Part shown: piece after piece, positions 41,295 to 60,075 of the stretch
Position numbering within the stretch: the stretch's first letter is position 1
How the letters are laid out: each line of letters begins with the position of its first letter
Sequence record: PQ657772.1
DNA length: 64,000 nt
Direction: 5' to 3' (one strand)
Program-made: the position numbers and the translations under genes
Notes under the pieces: model-generated
What the model was told of the DNA's origin: nothing
The model's input: only the letters and a program-made list of their open reading frames with translations
Database searches by the model: none

Positions 41295-43718
41295 TCATCC
41301 TCCTAAATTGCTGTTTTGTAATGAAATCAAAAATGTATCATGAACGTAGTTTTCGAATTCATGTGCAAAGAATCCAAATTCAACTCCTGTGATTTCAAAC
41401 TCAACACCAACCATCTTACCATGTTCATTGTTCTGAAGTAAAGTGTTAAAGAATGCTTCACCCTTTCCTGGTGCACAGTATGCAACTGGAATGATTGGCA
41501 TGAATTTCTTTTTAACTCCATCTTCTTCGTATGGGTGATTCATGAAGCGAGGAACAGTATCTAGCATCTCATCAGAAATTCCAGGTATAGCATCTACATA
41601 CAAACCACGGTTCTGTAAATCAGTTGGGTCTTTCACAAGGTTAGTTGTGTCTTCGCCAATTGCTGCAAAAATATTTTGACGCAAGCCAAATATTTCACCG
41701 AGTGTTCCGTTATCAATTTGCGTGTAACTTCTTGGATTCTTAGAAACTGACACCAATGAACCTGCTGGTAAAACTTCACGGTATAATATATCATACTGCA
41801 AGTTACCTTGGTTGTCAAGTGCTGACATTACTTTATAGTTTCCCATTACCATTCTAAATTTTCCATCAGGTATAGTTGCACCAGTTTGGTTTATGATATT
41901 TTCCCTAAGTACTTTTTTAATATCACTCAACGTAGTGTAAGTATAGTTCTGACTCAAAAAGTTTTCTTTTAATAAAATACGTGGTACTTTTTGTAACCCG
42001 TATCTATCATCTGATTGGCGATGGAAAGCTTGATTTGTAAATGATGGTGTACTAATACACTTAAACCATTCACGTTCAAAATAAACAGAAGGTACAATAT
42101 GTGCACTTAAGTAGTTTTGTCCAAAACCACGTACAATTTTAAGTTTAAATAACTTGGACGCAACACCACCTTCAGTGTCATATGCTTTGATGTTGAATTC
42201 TAAATTTATATCATCATTTGCACTGAAATCTAAACTTTTTGCATATGCCGTCCCGACCAAGAACCCATCTGCGGTGAGGTCCAAACCATATTTGCGAATA
42301 TCATCAGGTCCACCATCTAATACATAAGATACCTGATTAGTACTGGTAGTTTGTATTTGTGGATAAGTACTGTGACCGAAATATTCACCCACATGAATAC
42401 TACCTAAATCACTATCAGTTGTGAAGTCTATTGAGTTTCCTTCTTCTGCGTTCACTAGAACACGGAACATCTTCTCTTCACCTATAATATTCTCACCTAA
42501 GCTTGAATCATAATATCCTAAATCAATCCAATCTGAACTTTTAAACACTGGCTTTGTTTCACCTAGATCATATTCACCAGAGATTACATATGGATATACA
42601 ACGTTATCTTTCAACTGATACAAATGATTAGGTAAAGGTTTATCACCATCAGCGTATATACCATCTACATTGTCTGGACATACCCACATTTGATATGCTT
42701 TGAAACGTTGGTTTATAGCGAAGCGGTCAGTGTCATAACTATATGTACTCAAAATATCAACAATTTCAACTTTGAAATATGCATCACATGCATCAGAGTC
42801 ATATAGGAATGTTTGCAGAAATTGTCCATTTGGGTTGAAAACCAATCCTGAATCTAGTAACTCCCCAGAGCTAGTTTGAATATTAACCTTAATTTCTTTA
42901 TTAATACCAAATACAGGCCATATATTATCAATAGGACGTAGGATTGCATAATCATCAGTAATGTGGCGAGCAGGAACTTCTGCTGGGGTCATATCGAGTA
43001 GACGATACGCTGGATAAAATACTCTAGGAGATAGGTCAGTTGATGTATCAGTTCCTAAAATAAATGGACGACGGCGACCAAATCCCTGTACAAATAAAGT
43101 ACTGTTGGAACCGTATTCAATATCGCCAATACAATATAATTTGTCATCATCACCGATTTCGATTCCAGGAGTAACCCACACTTCCTGACTATCATATTCA
43201 ATTGTTACTTCATTTGAACCAATTTCACCACTAGGGGAAATGTTACCATAGTACATAACATTTACTGCTTGAAGATAAAAGTTAATCTGTTCAGAGTTGT
43301 TAAATGTACCATCATCTTTACAATGCAATTTAATAAAATAAACATCTTCGGTATTAGTGCTTGCCGATAGATCAAATTGAGTTTTATCAATTTTACATTT
43401 GTGCTTACCATTAATCAACTTGTTACCAGTAATACCTGATGATATAGGTGTGAGATTAGATTCATCATTTCCAACATACACTGCGTAGTGATCTTCTGGT
43501 TGAAATACTGCATCAGAACTGTCCAAACCCTGAATAGTTAGAATCATCTCTAAGTATTCGTTTTCATTAAGTATATAACTATCATCCGTTGTGGTTTCTT
43601 TGTTGATACTCAAACGCACAAGAATGTCTTGTCCTTCTTGTATATATCGAGCATCGGCTTTTATATCCCATCTAGGGGTAAAAGTTGTCATTATAATTCT
43701 CCATAGCCAAGCTACCAT
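41295..43718 (-). CDS. Large probable virion structural protein (baseplate-like; true start probably MTTFT)
   Basis: 807 aa, acidic beta-rich; exact TATAAATA at 43730-43737 upstream. Confidence 0.6.
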   Translation of the reverse strand: MVAWLWRIIMTTFTPRWDIKADARYIQEGQDILVRLSINKETTTDDSYILNENEYLEMILTIQGLDSSDAVFQPEDHYAVYVGNDESNLTPISSGITGNKLINGKHKCKIDKTQFDLSASTNTEDVYFIKLHCKDDGTFNNSEQINFYLQAVNVMYYGNISPSGEIGSNEVTIEYDSQEVWVTPGIEIGDDDKLYCIGDIEYGSNSTLFVQGFGRRRPFILGTDTSTDLSPRVFYPAYRLLDMTPAEVPARHITDDYAILRPIDNIWPVFGINKEIKVNIQTSSGELLDSGLVFNPNGQFLQTFLYDSDACDAYFKVEIVDILSTYSYDTDRFAINQRFKAYQMWVCPDNVDGIYADGDKPLPNHLYQLKDNVVYPYVISGEYDLGETKPVFKSSDWIDLGYYDSSLGENIIGEEKMFRVLVNAEEGNSIDFTTDSDLGSIHVGEYFGHSTYPQIQTTSTNQVSYVLDGGPDDIRKYGLDLTADGFLVGTAYAKSLDFSANDDINLEFNIKAYDTEGGVASKLFKLKIVRGFGQNYLSAHIVPSVYFEREWFKCISTPSFTNQAFHRQSDDRYGLQKVPRILLKENFLSQNYTYTTLSDIKKVLRENIINQTGATIPDGKFRMVMGNYKVMSALDNQGNLQYDILYREVLPAGSLVSVSKNPRSYTQIDNGTLGEIFGLRQNIFAAIGEDTTNLVKDPTDLQNRGLYVDAIPGISDEMLDTVPRFMNHPYEEDGVKKKFMPIIPVAYCAPGKGEAFFNTLLQNNEHGKMVGVEFEITGVEFGFFAHEFENYVHDTFLISLQNSNLGG

Positions 43719-43779
43719 TATCTATAGATTATTTATATAAAGGACAAGGAAGACCCATAAAGGTCTTCCCTGTTTATAA

Positions 43780-45192
43780 TCAATCTTCAGTTTTTGGCGT
43801 GAAGTCAATCTTACGTAGTTCTTTCAACTCATCTTTATAGATGTTCCAAATCAAATCATGATTCGACAGGAGATTGTTATATTCATCCATTAAATCCAAG
43901 TTATGTTGAATATCAGCTAGTACTGATTGATAATTGTCTTGGGTCCAACGATATGATGGGAAGTTTACGATGCTTTGAATATTCTCATCGGTTGCTTCGA
44001 TTTCAGTGTTTAATGATTTAACAAACTCAACCATTTCTGAACGGTTAGCAAAACCCTTAACCTTAGCAATCATATCATTATCAAAACATTCTTTGATTAG
44101 AATCTTATAACGTACTTCAGCAGCACAATCATCAAGTTTCTTCTCATAGCGTTTCACATAGTATTTGAAACGGAATTCAACAAAGTCCTTAATCAAATCC
44201 ATTGTGTTATCATAGACTTTAACCTTACCATTCTCACCTAGAACAGTTAGGATTTGTGTCATCTTCTTATGAATGCCAAAGTATTCAATTACATCTTTCT
44301 CCACCCATTTAGCAGATGTTCCGCGTGGCAATTTGATTGTAATATCAATAACATCAGTACTATCATTATCATAATCACGAATATCACCATCATCGCTCAT
44401 CTTAATGAGTTTCTCGATGAATTTCTCAATACTGTAGTTAGGTGGTAGACCTGTTACTTTAACAGTACTGGCATCAATTACTTGTGCTTTACCATAGAAC
44501 TCATATTTGTTTTCATCAAGCTTAGTTACGATATCACTTGCACCACATGAAACATAGTATGGAGTCATTTCTTTTAATGGTTTTTTATCAATAGCACGAA
44601 TACAGTTATCAATAACATCTTCAATCTTATGTGGTAGAATTGTACTCTTATAACCTACTGACATACTATCGTTACCAAACAAAGATAGTGGGATAATAGG
44701 TAAAAAGAAACTTGGTTCCATTGTAGTACCATCATAGTTCTCTTTCATTGGAATAATGTCAGAGTCACGCAGTACTAACATTTCAGTACTTTTATTCTTT
44801 TTAACATAAGTATAACGAGCAGAAGCTGGAGTACTGTTTACTTGTGTACCAAAACCACCACGTTTACCAATGAGTGGGTAGTTGTTTACCACTGGTGATG
44901 CTAGGTTCTGGAGAGTTCCAGATGCAGATATATCACCGTGTAGATAGATACCATCACTAATCATTTTACCAGCACATGATACAGTTTTGATTTCACCACT
45001 AACTTTTGAGAGGGTGAAGATTGCTTTACGTTGTGAACTCTTAAGGCCATCAATCCCAGGGATTGCACGGTCTAGTGTGTACATTGAATATTCTAGTGAT
45101 GTGGTATTCACATAATCAGAACTGTTATAATCTAGTAGAGTTAGTGTTTGGTTATCGATGCTTTGATTTTCGGTTTTTTTACTTTTAGCCAT
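43780..45192 (-). CDS. Type II topoisomerase, DNA-breakage subunit (T4 gp52/GyrA-like)
   Basis: IPGIDGLKSSQRK, YLHGD, PASARYT catalytic Tyr. Confidence 0.95.
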   Translation of the reverse strand: MAKSKKTENQSIDNQTLTLLDYNSSDYVNTTSLEYSMYTLDRAIPGIDGLKSSQRKAIFTLSKVSGEIKTVSCAGKMISDGIYLHGDISASGTLQNLASPVVNNYPLIGKRGGFGTQVNSTPASARYTYVKKNKSTEMLVLRDSDIIPMKENYDGTTMEPSFFLPIIPLSLFGNDSMSVGYKSTILPHKIEDVIDNCIRAIDKKPLKEMTPYYVSCGASDIVTKLDENKYEFYGKAQVIDASTVKVTGLPPNYSIEKFIEKLIKMSDDGDIRDYDNDSTDVIDITIKLPRGTSAKWVEKDVIEYFGIHKKMTQILTVLGENGKVKVYDNTMDLIKDFVEFRFKYYVKRYEKKLDDCAAEVRYKILIKECFDNDMIAKVKGFANRSEMVEFVKSLNTEIEATDENIQSIVNFPSYRWTQDNYQSVLADIQHNLDLMDEYNNLLSNHDLIWNIYKDELKELRKIDFTPKTED

Positions 45193-45242
45193 TCCATTGT
45201 CTCTTTGTAAAAGGGGAACACCATGTTCCCCATTAATCTATA

Positions 45243-47207
45243 TTATTCCATCCAGTTCTTACGATCATCAGCACGTTTCTTGTTGAAAATCAAATCAAGA
45301 GTTTCACCAAGGCGACCATCATCTGTAATCGCTACTGCAACACTGTTAGTGAATGCATCACGGAAGTTTGCTTTTTCTAACGTACCCAATCCTTTCGCAC
45401 GGGTTGCTTTCCAACCTTTCCAATCATCTGGGTTGTATTCATGTACATCATGACCATAGTAGTACTTGGATTCCTTACCTTTCTCTAGAATGATGAATGG
45501 TGTTTTGAATATATACACAAATGGATTCTCTGGGTCTTGGAATAGTTCAGGCCAGAATTTGTATAGGAAGTTACATACTAAAGCACCAATGTTCTTTCCA
45601 TCCTCATCTTCGTCGGCACAGATATAAAGCTTACCATAGTTAAGGTCTGCTCTTTCCGCTTTTACACCAGGAATCAGGTTGATACTCGCCATTATATCAT
45701 GCAATGCCATTGAATCCATTAATTCTTTGGTTTTCTCATTACCACTGACGTTCATAATTTTACCACGCAATGGTAGAATACCATGAACTTTAGGATCACG
45801 AGCACTCGCCATGTTGGAAATAGCAGAATCACCCTCAGCAATTAGTAGGATGCATTTGGAACGATCCGTACCTGTACTGTCCAGTAGTTTTGCAACTTTA
45901 CCTTTCAGTAGTTTTTTAGCTAGACGGCGATCTTCTTCTGCATCTTTCTTGTTGGTACGAGCAGCACAGCGTTCAAAAATTTCATCAATCCACTCTTTGT
46001 TCTTCTTGACTAATTCATCGAACCATTCAGAATTCATCGCTTGTTGAATTGGACGAATAACGTTTTCGTTGGTTAGTTTTGATTTAATCTGTGAGTTGAA
46101 TGATGGTGCTTTCATCGTTGTTACGTTATAAATCAACAGACCTTCTTCAATATCAGAGCGGTTAGGTTTCATCTTGCGTTTCTTTGATTCTTTCTCTAGA
46201 GCAGTTCCTACTCCTAATGAGAAGAATTTCTTGAATGTATCAAGATGTGTACCACCATCAAATGCTGGGGCATTGTTAACCAAACCATGCATATGGAAGT
46301 TAGTGTTCATACCCGATACTGCATTAGGAACAATGTAGAAAGTACTGTTAAAGTTGAATGATTCATCTTTAACGTTCAATTGCATCAGTTTAGATGCGTT
46401 GAATAGTGCTTTTTCAGTAGTTCCTTTAATTGCAATACGCTTACCGTTAAGGAAAATCTTATAGGTAGGGTTAGCAGCAGACATTTCTTTCAAAATACTG
46501 TATAACAATTCGGTTGGCAGTTTACGGTTAGGAAATACCTCAGAACTCAGAGTGAAGCGAATTGTTGTTCCAGTCTTATCTGCTTGAACCTTACGAATAG
46601 TTGGTTCATGTACATGAAGTTCAGGAAACATAATAGTTCCTTCTTCGAACTTCTGATTGAACTTATAAAAACCGTCATATCCGTCATTGCTACTTTGTGT
46701 TTTATACGGGCGACCTTGGCGATGGATTTCAAGTTCAGCTTTAGAACTTACAATCATTGCAACTGAACCACCCAATCCATTCTGACCGATTGTTTCATCA
46801 CGCTTCGAGTCATCAAAGTTGCGACCAGTTTTAGTTTCAGTCATTACCATTGTACATAGATTTTTCTGATACTCAGGAACATAGTCAATTGGAATACCAC
46901 GACCATTATCACTGATCTCAAAGGATAACTCTTCTTCATTGAAATCAACTTTGAGTACTGGTTCTTTTGTGCCAGCTTTTTTAAATTCATCTAAGCTGTT
47001 ATCGATAATTTCACGAGTAGCAGTTAGAATTGCAGGAACCCACTCAACGTTTTTAACTTCATATCCAGACTCACCAAAGATCAGTACTTGACTTTCGTGA
47101 ACAGAACGTGAACCCAGATACATCTCAGTACGTAAGCGAGCATGTTGATAATCGTTTAGACGTTGTACATCATGTTCCTGAAGAACAGCACTTTCTTTCT
47201 TAGCCAT
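45243..47207 (-). CDS. Type II topoisomerase, ATPase/TOPRIM subunit (fused gp39+gp60/GyrB-like)
   Basis: EIIDNS, DNGRGIP, AEGDSA, PLRGK, DEDEDG. Confidence 0.95.
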   Translation of the reverse strand: MAKKESAVLQEHDVQRLNDYQHARLRTEMYLGSRSVHESQVLIFGESGYEVKNVEWVPAILTATREIIDNSLDEFKKAGTKEPVLKVDFNEEELSFEISDNGRGIPIDYVPEYQKNLCTMVMTETKTGRNFDDSKRDETIGQNGLGGSVAMIVSSKAELEIHRQGRPYKTQSSNDGYDGFYKFNQKFEEGTIMFPELHVHEPTIRKVQADKTGTTIRFTLSSEVFPNRKLPTELLYSILKEMSAANPTYKIFLNGKRIAIKGTTEKALFNASKLMQLNVKDESFNFNSTFYIVPNAVSGMNTNFHMHGLVNNAPAFDGGTHLDTFKKFFSLGVGTALEKESKKRKMKPNRSDIEEGLLIYNVTTMKAPSFNSQIKSKLTNENVIRPIQQAMNSEWFDELVKKNKEWIDEIFERCAARTNKKDAEEDRRLAKKLLKGKVAKLLDSTGTDRSKCILLIAEGDSAISNMASARDPKVHGILPLRGKIMNVSGNEKTKELMDSMALHDIMASINLIPGVKAERADLNYGKLYICADEDEDGKNIGALVCNFLYKFWPELFQDPENPFVYIFKTPFIILEKGKESKYYYGHDVHEYNPDDWKGWKATRAKGLGTLEKANFRDAFTNSVAVAITDDGRLGETLDLIFNKKRADDRKNWME

Positions 47208-47306
47208 TTGAATTCCTTTTTAATGTCTCTTTGTCATGCAACATTGTATCATCAATGCTTTGTTTGTCTCAAAAAAATATCGGGACATTAAATGCCCCGA
47301 CAATTA

Positions 47307-48100
47307 TTATTTTACCAGAAGTAATTGTAATTCAGCACTAGGACTAAATTCATCATCACTCCAGTACTTGTGAACCTTCTCTGGACTAGCCTTAGCCAGT
47401 ACTTCACCACCACCCACAATGTAGACTTGGTGTGAACCAATCAATCGGGTCCAGAATTTAATTGCATCATCTGTGTGAAGACTGTCACTTAGTACTTTAA
47501 TACCATGAGAAACCATATCCATAAAGATATTATAGATGATACCTTTAGTACCAGTTTTAGAGGCTGTAGCAGAAATCTCAAACACTTGTGGTACACCAAC
47601 CACTGCATCATTCGACAAATGTCCACTAACGATAGCAAGCTGTTTACCCGCTTTATCATAGGCAATAAACCCAGTACCATTCTTATTCATAAACACATCA
47701 TAATCTTTGTGTTCTGCGAACTTAACCATGTTGTGCTTACCTGTCATCTCGGCAGTTTTGTCAACAAACTCGTCACGGTCTTGGCCTTGGAAACTATCGA
47801 AACGTTGTGGCATTTCTTCCAATTTCTCTTTATGGTCTTCTTCACATGAATCCATTATATCACTAGTTCTGTCTTCTGTATCAGCTAATTCTGCATCTTG
47901 TACAATATCAACCAAACCACGCATACTAGATTCTTTTACTTTATTAGGGAGTTTTGAACCTTTCTTAAGATTTCCCTCTTTTTCATCGGCTGCATTCCAC
48001 TCTTTTGCTGCAATTTGTGAAATCCCTGCTTTTTTGGCGAATTCAGGATTATGGGCAGCAGCAGCGAAGAATTTCGCTTGGCTTTTACTTTTACTTGGCA

Positions 48101-48101
<1 letters not shown>
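47307..48101 (-). CDS. Probable virion/late protein with basic N-terminal motif
   Basis: MPSKSKSQAKFFAAAAHNPEFAKKAG; last gene of the TAAATA-led unit. Confidence 0.6.
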
Positions 48102-50268
<2,167 letters not shown>

Positions 50269-50281
50269 AGGTTATATACTG

Positions 50282-51344
<1,063 letters not shown>

Positions 51345-51388
51345 GTAATAAAAGCTCCGATATGGTTTTAATGTTCAATTCGATAGTA

Positions 51389-51417
51389 ATTATAGTTAAG
51401 AACTAATGTTCTGTCAA
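51389..51417 (-). promoter_or_regulatory. Consensus sigma70 promoter upstream of infC
   Basis: TTGACA-N17-TATAAT. Confidence 0.8.
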
Positions 51418-51608
51418 GCACTATCATTATGTTTTTTAATTGCTTCACAGATTGCTTGAACTTGCACTAGATAAGTTTTAGCAAACTCTGCTTGAGTACG
51501 CACGCGTGGATTTGGTGCGTCTTTGATCATAAGTTCTAAGTCATAAACAACTTTATCGAAAACACCCTTGTCTTCAATAATACGATCATAAAAGGTTTTG
51601 TCAGTCAT
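51414..51608 (-). CDS. Hypothetical protein
   Basis: 64 aa, GGAG RBS. Confidence 0.75.
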   Translation of the reverse strand: MTDKTFYDRIIEDKGVFDKVVYDLELMIKDAPNPRVRTQAEFAKTYLVQVQAICEAIKKHNDSA

Positions 51609-51631
51609 GTCAAGAACTCCATGTGGTTAAA

Positions 51632-52222
51632 TTATAATTTTACGTAAGAAACTACAGAAGCATCAGTAATAGAAGGTACGTTTAGGTACACATTCTCGTA
51701 CTCAATGAAATCAACAGTGGTGGTAGATAGTGCATCTTTATCACGTTGGATTGTTTTCTGTACAGAAATTTCTTCATTCTCAATTGCGTTAGTACCGTCA
51801 CCTTTTAGGGATTCGTTTAGCAACTCTTGAATAACTTCTGCTGCTTTAGCAGTTTTAAGATCAACAGTGGTTAGTGCAGCTTGTTCTTCAACACTTAGAG
51901 TGCTTAGGAATGGCTCGTAGCTGATATAACCAACATTGATGGTTGCACCAGTTGGAATAGTTGCTGCTGTGCCTGGGGTAGCAAATTCAACAGTACAATA
52001 CACTGGAACAGAATATGTTGATAGTAGACGTGTAACCTGTAGGTAACGTAGTAGTGCTACAGACTTGTCAATTGTTTGTTGGTCGGTTGGTGCAGTTGTT
52101 GGGGAAGATGAATCATAATCTTCATACATATAATAAGGAATATTATCTAGATTTGTCCCTGCAACTTCAATTTTGAATACTTGTAGTAAATTGTTCATTG
52201 TATATTCTTCTCCATAATACAA
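51632..52222 (-). CDS. Hypothetical protein (possibly structural)
   Basis: 196 aa, T/A-rich. Confidence 0.75.
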   Translation of the reverse strand: MYYGEEYTMNNLLQVFKIEVAGTNLDNIPYYMYEDYDSSSPTTAPTDQQTIDKSVALLRYLQVTRLLSTYSVPVYCTVEFATPGTAATIPTGATINVGYISYEPFLSTLSVEEQAALTTVDLKTAKAAEVIQELLNESLKGDGTNAIENEEISVQKTIQRDKDALSTTTVDFIEYENVYLNVPSITDASVVSYVKL

Positions 52223-52281
52223 AACACTTTTGATTATTTATTGTTAAGAATCAAAATTATTTGTGTATATCATTTAGTCTA

Positions 52282-53625
52282 TTAGAATCGTGCATTTTGA
52301 CGCAACATAACATTATAACGCGGTCGTGTCATTGCAGTATATAGGATTCTACATTTTGTATCATTAGTGCCAATACGCTCAATAAAATCAGTATCAAACC
52401 AGATGTTATCGAATGTACTTCCTTGTGATTTGTGAACAGTTGTTGCATAAGGATAGTTGATAATATGTAATTTGTTTTTAATCACATAGTAATCTTGCCA
52501 CATATATGGTTTCTTTGTCAATGGGTTGATTTCTTTTTTCTCAATGTTTTTAACTAGTTCATCAAGTTTAGTTTCCATTGCAATTCTCGTTTCTGGCCCT
52601 ACACCTAAGATGTAGCTACCATTTGGTAAACGGAATTGCCAACAGTCAATCCCCATGAAACTTTCGGTTTTCACATCAGGACATTGGATGATTTGCTGGA
52701 CCACATATGGACTGTTCTCTGTGATACTTTCAAATACAATCGGTTCACCTTTTGTGAATTCCTCTGGTACTTCAAACAATTGGCTACGAATGTAGATGTT
52801 AGCCAAGTTCACACGGTAGTTAGTGTATGCCAAAATTTTATTTTCATTAACAAAATCAAATATCTTCTTAGCTGAACCTTTGTTCTCCATAATAAATTCA
52901 CGGTAAACTTCCAAGAAAAGATCTTCATCTTCAATTGGTGTAATAGTACTCAAACCATGTGTCTGGTGCATAATATCAAACGGGTTCTTGGATGTACCTA
53001 TGCACTCACGAATTGCAGTTGCAATTGCAAGTATAGGGTTATCCAACGCTTGACGTAAAACTTCTGTTAATTCATATTGTACTGGAACATCAAAAGTAGG
53101 GGAAAGCTTAGTTTCTCCTATTGTTCCTTCTGATTCAACTGGAGGCAACTGACAGCGATCACCGATGAATAAAACCGCTCGGCGAACACGCCACAATTGA
53201 TCCTGAATGTGTTGAAACAGTTCTTCTGAAATCATACTACATTCATCGACAATTAGAATATCAACATTAGTATTACTAACTTTACTTTGTGGGTCATGCT
53301 TCAGTACTTGACGATTCTTTTCATATACTAGTTTTAAACCTAGAAATGAGTGAATAGTACTAACCTGTGCATCTTCTTTAGTTAACCCAGCATTGTTGAT
53401 TAGCATATTGCGAATAACAGAGTTTGCCTTGTGTGTTGGCGATGTTACTGCAATATTGTAATTTTTACATAGTGCTTTAACAATCTCAGCAGTAGTGAAA
53501 GTTTTACCTGTACCCGCTGGTGCTGACAGTACAGATATAGTTTTACCTGCATAATTATAAACACGATCTACAAAATTATCAAAAATTTCTTGTTGCTTAT
53601 CCGTAAGCTTGATTTTACTCATCAT
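52282..53625 (-). CDS. SF1B DNA helicase (Dda/RecD2-like)
   Basis: APAGTGKT, DECSM, GDRCQLPPV, YATTVHKSQGSTFD. Confidence 0.9.
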   Translation of the reverse strand: MMSKIKLTDKQQEIFDNFVDRVYNYAGKTISVLSAPAGTGKTFTTAEIVKALCKNYNIAVTSPTHKANSVIRNMLINNAGLTKEDAQVSTIHSFLGLKLVYEKNRQVLKHDPQSKVSNTNVDILIVDECSMISEELFQHIQDQLWRVRRAVLFIGDRCQLPPVESEGTIGETKLSPTFDVPVQYELTEVLRQALDNPILAIATAIRECIGTSKNPFDIMHQTHGLSTITPIEDEDLFLEVYREFIMENKGSAKKIFDFVNENKILAYTNYRVNLANIYIRSQLFEVPEEFTKGEPIVFESITENSPYVVQQIIQCPDVKTESFMGIDCWQFRLPNGSYILGVGPETRIAMETKLDELVKNIEKKEINPLTKKPYMWQDYYVIKNKLHIINYPYATTVHKSQGSTFDNIWFDTDFIERIGTNDTKCRILYTAMTRPRYNVMLRQNARF

Positions 53626-53647
53626 TCCCTCGACTGATTATTACACT

Positions 53648-54956
<1,309 letters not shown>

Positions 54957-55033
54957 TTATTACTTTAACTCCATATAAACTATCAAAAAAACGTAAATTT
55001 GGGTAAATACTTTATAAAAATAACAATAAGATT

Positions 55034-57894
<2,861 letters not shown>

Positions 57895-57929
57895 TCATTA
57901 TAGCACAGTTCTGGTGTTTGTCCTAAATT

Positions 57930-58124
57930 TTATTCGGTTGGTACAAACATGACAATGTGTGCCTGAACGACTCTAGTACCATCTACCAGTACAAGACCAT
58001 TGGGACAAACATCAGATACTGCACCAGTTACCTTAAATCCACCAGTTAGGTAGAAGTCATAGATAACATTACGCTCAATTGTAAAAATATCACTCATATA
58101 AATTCCATAAGAAAAGGGATTCAT
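57930..58124 (-). CDS. Small Sm/Hfq-like beta protein
   Basis: DFYLTGGFKVTGAVSDVCPNGLVLVDGTRVVQAHIVMF resembles the Sm-fold pattern; weak. Confidence 0.45.
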   Translation of the reverse strand: MNPFSYGIYMSDIFTIERNVIYDFYLTGGFKVTGAVSDVCPNGLVLVDGTRVVQAHIVMFVPTE

Positions 58125-58145
58125 AGAATCCCTGTTAGTTTTATT

Positions 58146-59270
58146 TTATAGTTTAAATGGTGAGAATGTATCTCCTTGGATATCATTCACAATACCACCA
58201 ATGATATAAGAACTGATTTCAGTTTCTTGTGGTGCTACCTGTACAGAACTACCACTTACCCAGTGTTCAGTCCACGGTAGTGGGTTACTCTTGGATACAG
58301 TATATGGACATTTGATACCAAGTGCAGTCATACGCTTAGAACCAATCCAGCGAACATACTGTTTAAGAATTTCAGAGTTCAATCCAATAATAGAACCATC
58401 TTTAAAGAGGAAATCTGCCCATGCTTCTTCTTGGCGAATAGCAGACATAAACATTTCCAGTACTTCATCATAGCACTCTTCGGCAATTTTTACCATATCT
58501 GGATCTTCTTTCTTTAGAAGACGTAAAATCATTTGTGTTGCTGCGAGATGAAGGTTTTCATCACGACAAATTAGACGAATAATCTTTGCATTACCTTCCA
58601 TGAGGTTGTTCTCTGCAAATGCCCATGAACAAGCAAAACTAGCATAGAAACGAACACCTTCAAGAATGTTAATACTATTCAAACATAACCATAGTTTTTT
58701 CTTTAGATCATACATATTAATTTCAATAGTTTTACCATTAACAGTATGAGTACCTTCACCTAATGCACGATACAATGTTCCTAGTTCATCAAGGTCATCA
58801 TAGTATTTTGAAACATCAGCAGCACAATCAGTGATTTCTGGAATGTCCAACATAGTATCAAAAACTTCAGATGGATTAGGATAAATGTTACGAATAATAT
58901 GTGTATATGATTTACTATGAATAGCACCTTCAAAGAACGCCCATGTTTCAATAAAGTTTTCAAGTTCAGGTAGAGATGCATATGGCAGTAGCATTAGATT
59001 AGGACCACGACCTTGAACTGAATCAAGAAGGATTTGACGTTTTAAGTTTGATGTAAAGATATGCTTCTCAGAATCATTGAGGTTAGCAAAATCAATTTTA
59101 TCTTTAGATACGTCAACTTCACCTGGTGTCCAGAAGAAACTTTTCTGTTGTTCAGTTAGTTTTTCAAGTGTAGAGTATTTGTTACTTTCAAATCGTTGAA
59201 TATCAACACTTTCATCAAAAAACATATTCTTTTCTAGGTGAGACTTCTCATTAATTTTGAAAACTGACAT
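58146..59270 (-). CDS. nrdB: Ribonucleotide reductase class Ia beta subunit
   Basis: FFWTPGEV, LDSVQGR, IHSKSYTHI, EGVRFY, RDENLH, PQETE. Confidence 0.97.
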   Translation of the reverse strand: MSVFKINEKSHLEKNMFFDESVDIQRFESNKYSTLEKLTEQQKSFFWTPGEVDVSKDKIDFANLNDSEKHIFTSNLKRQILLDSVQGRGPNLMLLPYASLPELENFIETWAFFEGAIHSKSYTHIIRNIYPNPSEVFDTMLDIPEITDCAADVSKYYDDLDELGTLYRALGEGTHTVNGKTIEINMYDLKKKLWLCLNSINILEGVRFYASFACSWAFAENNLMEGNAKIIRLICRDENLHLAATQMILRLLKKEDPDMVKIAEECYDEVLEMFMSAIRQEEAWADFLFKDGSIIGLNSEILKQYVRWIGSKRMTALGIKCPYTVSKSNPLPWTEHWVSGSSVQVAPQETEISSYIIGGIVNDIQGDTFSPFKL

Positions 59271-59282
59271 ATATATATTCCT

Positions 59283-60056
59283 TTATGTATTAATTTTATG
59301 ACCCAATTTATATGATAGCCAATGGATATCACTAATTCCTTCTTGTGAACCCAAGTGTAGTGTAAGTAGTTCATTCCATGTCAAAACTGTATTATTGTCA
59401 GGTGTATGAGCATTGTATCGAGCCATACCATCGGCACATGGGTCCAACGCGAGTATTTGATTACCCGTAATAGTTTTTGCTGGTGCTTCTAACCCCATCA
59501 ATGAGCGTATATCATCCGATAGTATTTGAAATGCGGATACTGCTGCAACATTTAATGCAGTAATATTATCTTTGATAAAATCAACCGTTAAAGTTTGATA
59601 ATATGAAATATAGTTCTTATCAATATAATCCCATTTATCTTTAATGAAATCAAGTGTTAGTTTTTGGTATCTGGAAATTTCCGACATTACACCATCTCTA
59701 AATTCAACAAGGTCATTCCATTTGTCTTGAATAAAATCTTGTGTTAGTTTTTGATACTTAGCAACAGTATCCAGAAAGTTATCTTTGAAGTCATTCCATT
59801 TTTCCATAATCAATTCCATTGGCATGACTACATATTGTGCAATAACATTTTTATCAAACCACTCCCACTTTTCTTTAAGAAAATCAGTTGTCATTGTTTG
59901 ATATCGAGCTAACATATTAGGGTTCATTTTATCAAAATGTTTTTTTATAAAGTCTTGTGGGAGTTTTTGATAGCGAACAATCATATCCATATCAAGATCA
60001 TCCCAAAATTCTTCTATGAATCCAATATCTATTGGACTACGATAGTCAACTTTCAT
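59283..60056 (-). CDS. Tandem-repeat protein (about 7 x 22-29 aa YQxLxxDFI repeats) between nrdA and nrdB
   Basis: Repeats such as RYQKLPQDFIKKHF, KYQKLTQDFIQDKW, RYQKLTLDFIKDKW. Confidence 0.85.
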   Translation of the reverse strand: MKVDYRSPIDIGFIEEFWDDLDMDMIVRYQKLPQDFIKKHFDKMNPNMLARYQTMTTDFLKEKWEWFDKNVIAQYVVMPMELIMEKWNDFKDNFLDTVAKYQKLTQDFIQDKWNDLVEFRDGVMSEISRYQKLTLDFIKDKWDYIDKNYISYYQTLTVDFIKDNITALNVAAVSAFQILSDDIRSLMGLEAPAKTITGNQILALDPCADGMARYNAHTPDNNTVLTWNELLTLHLGSQEGISDIHWLSYKLGHKINT

Positions 60057-60075
60057 TATATCACTCCTATGAAAT

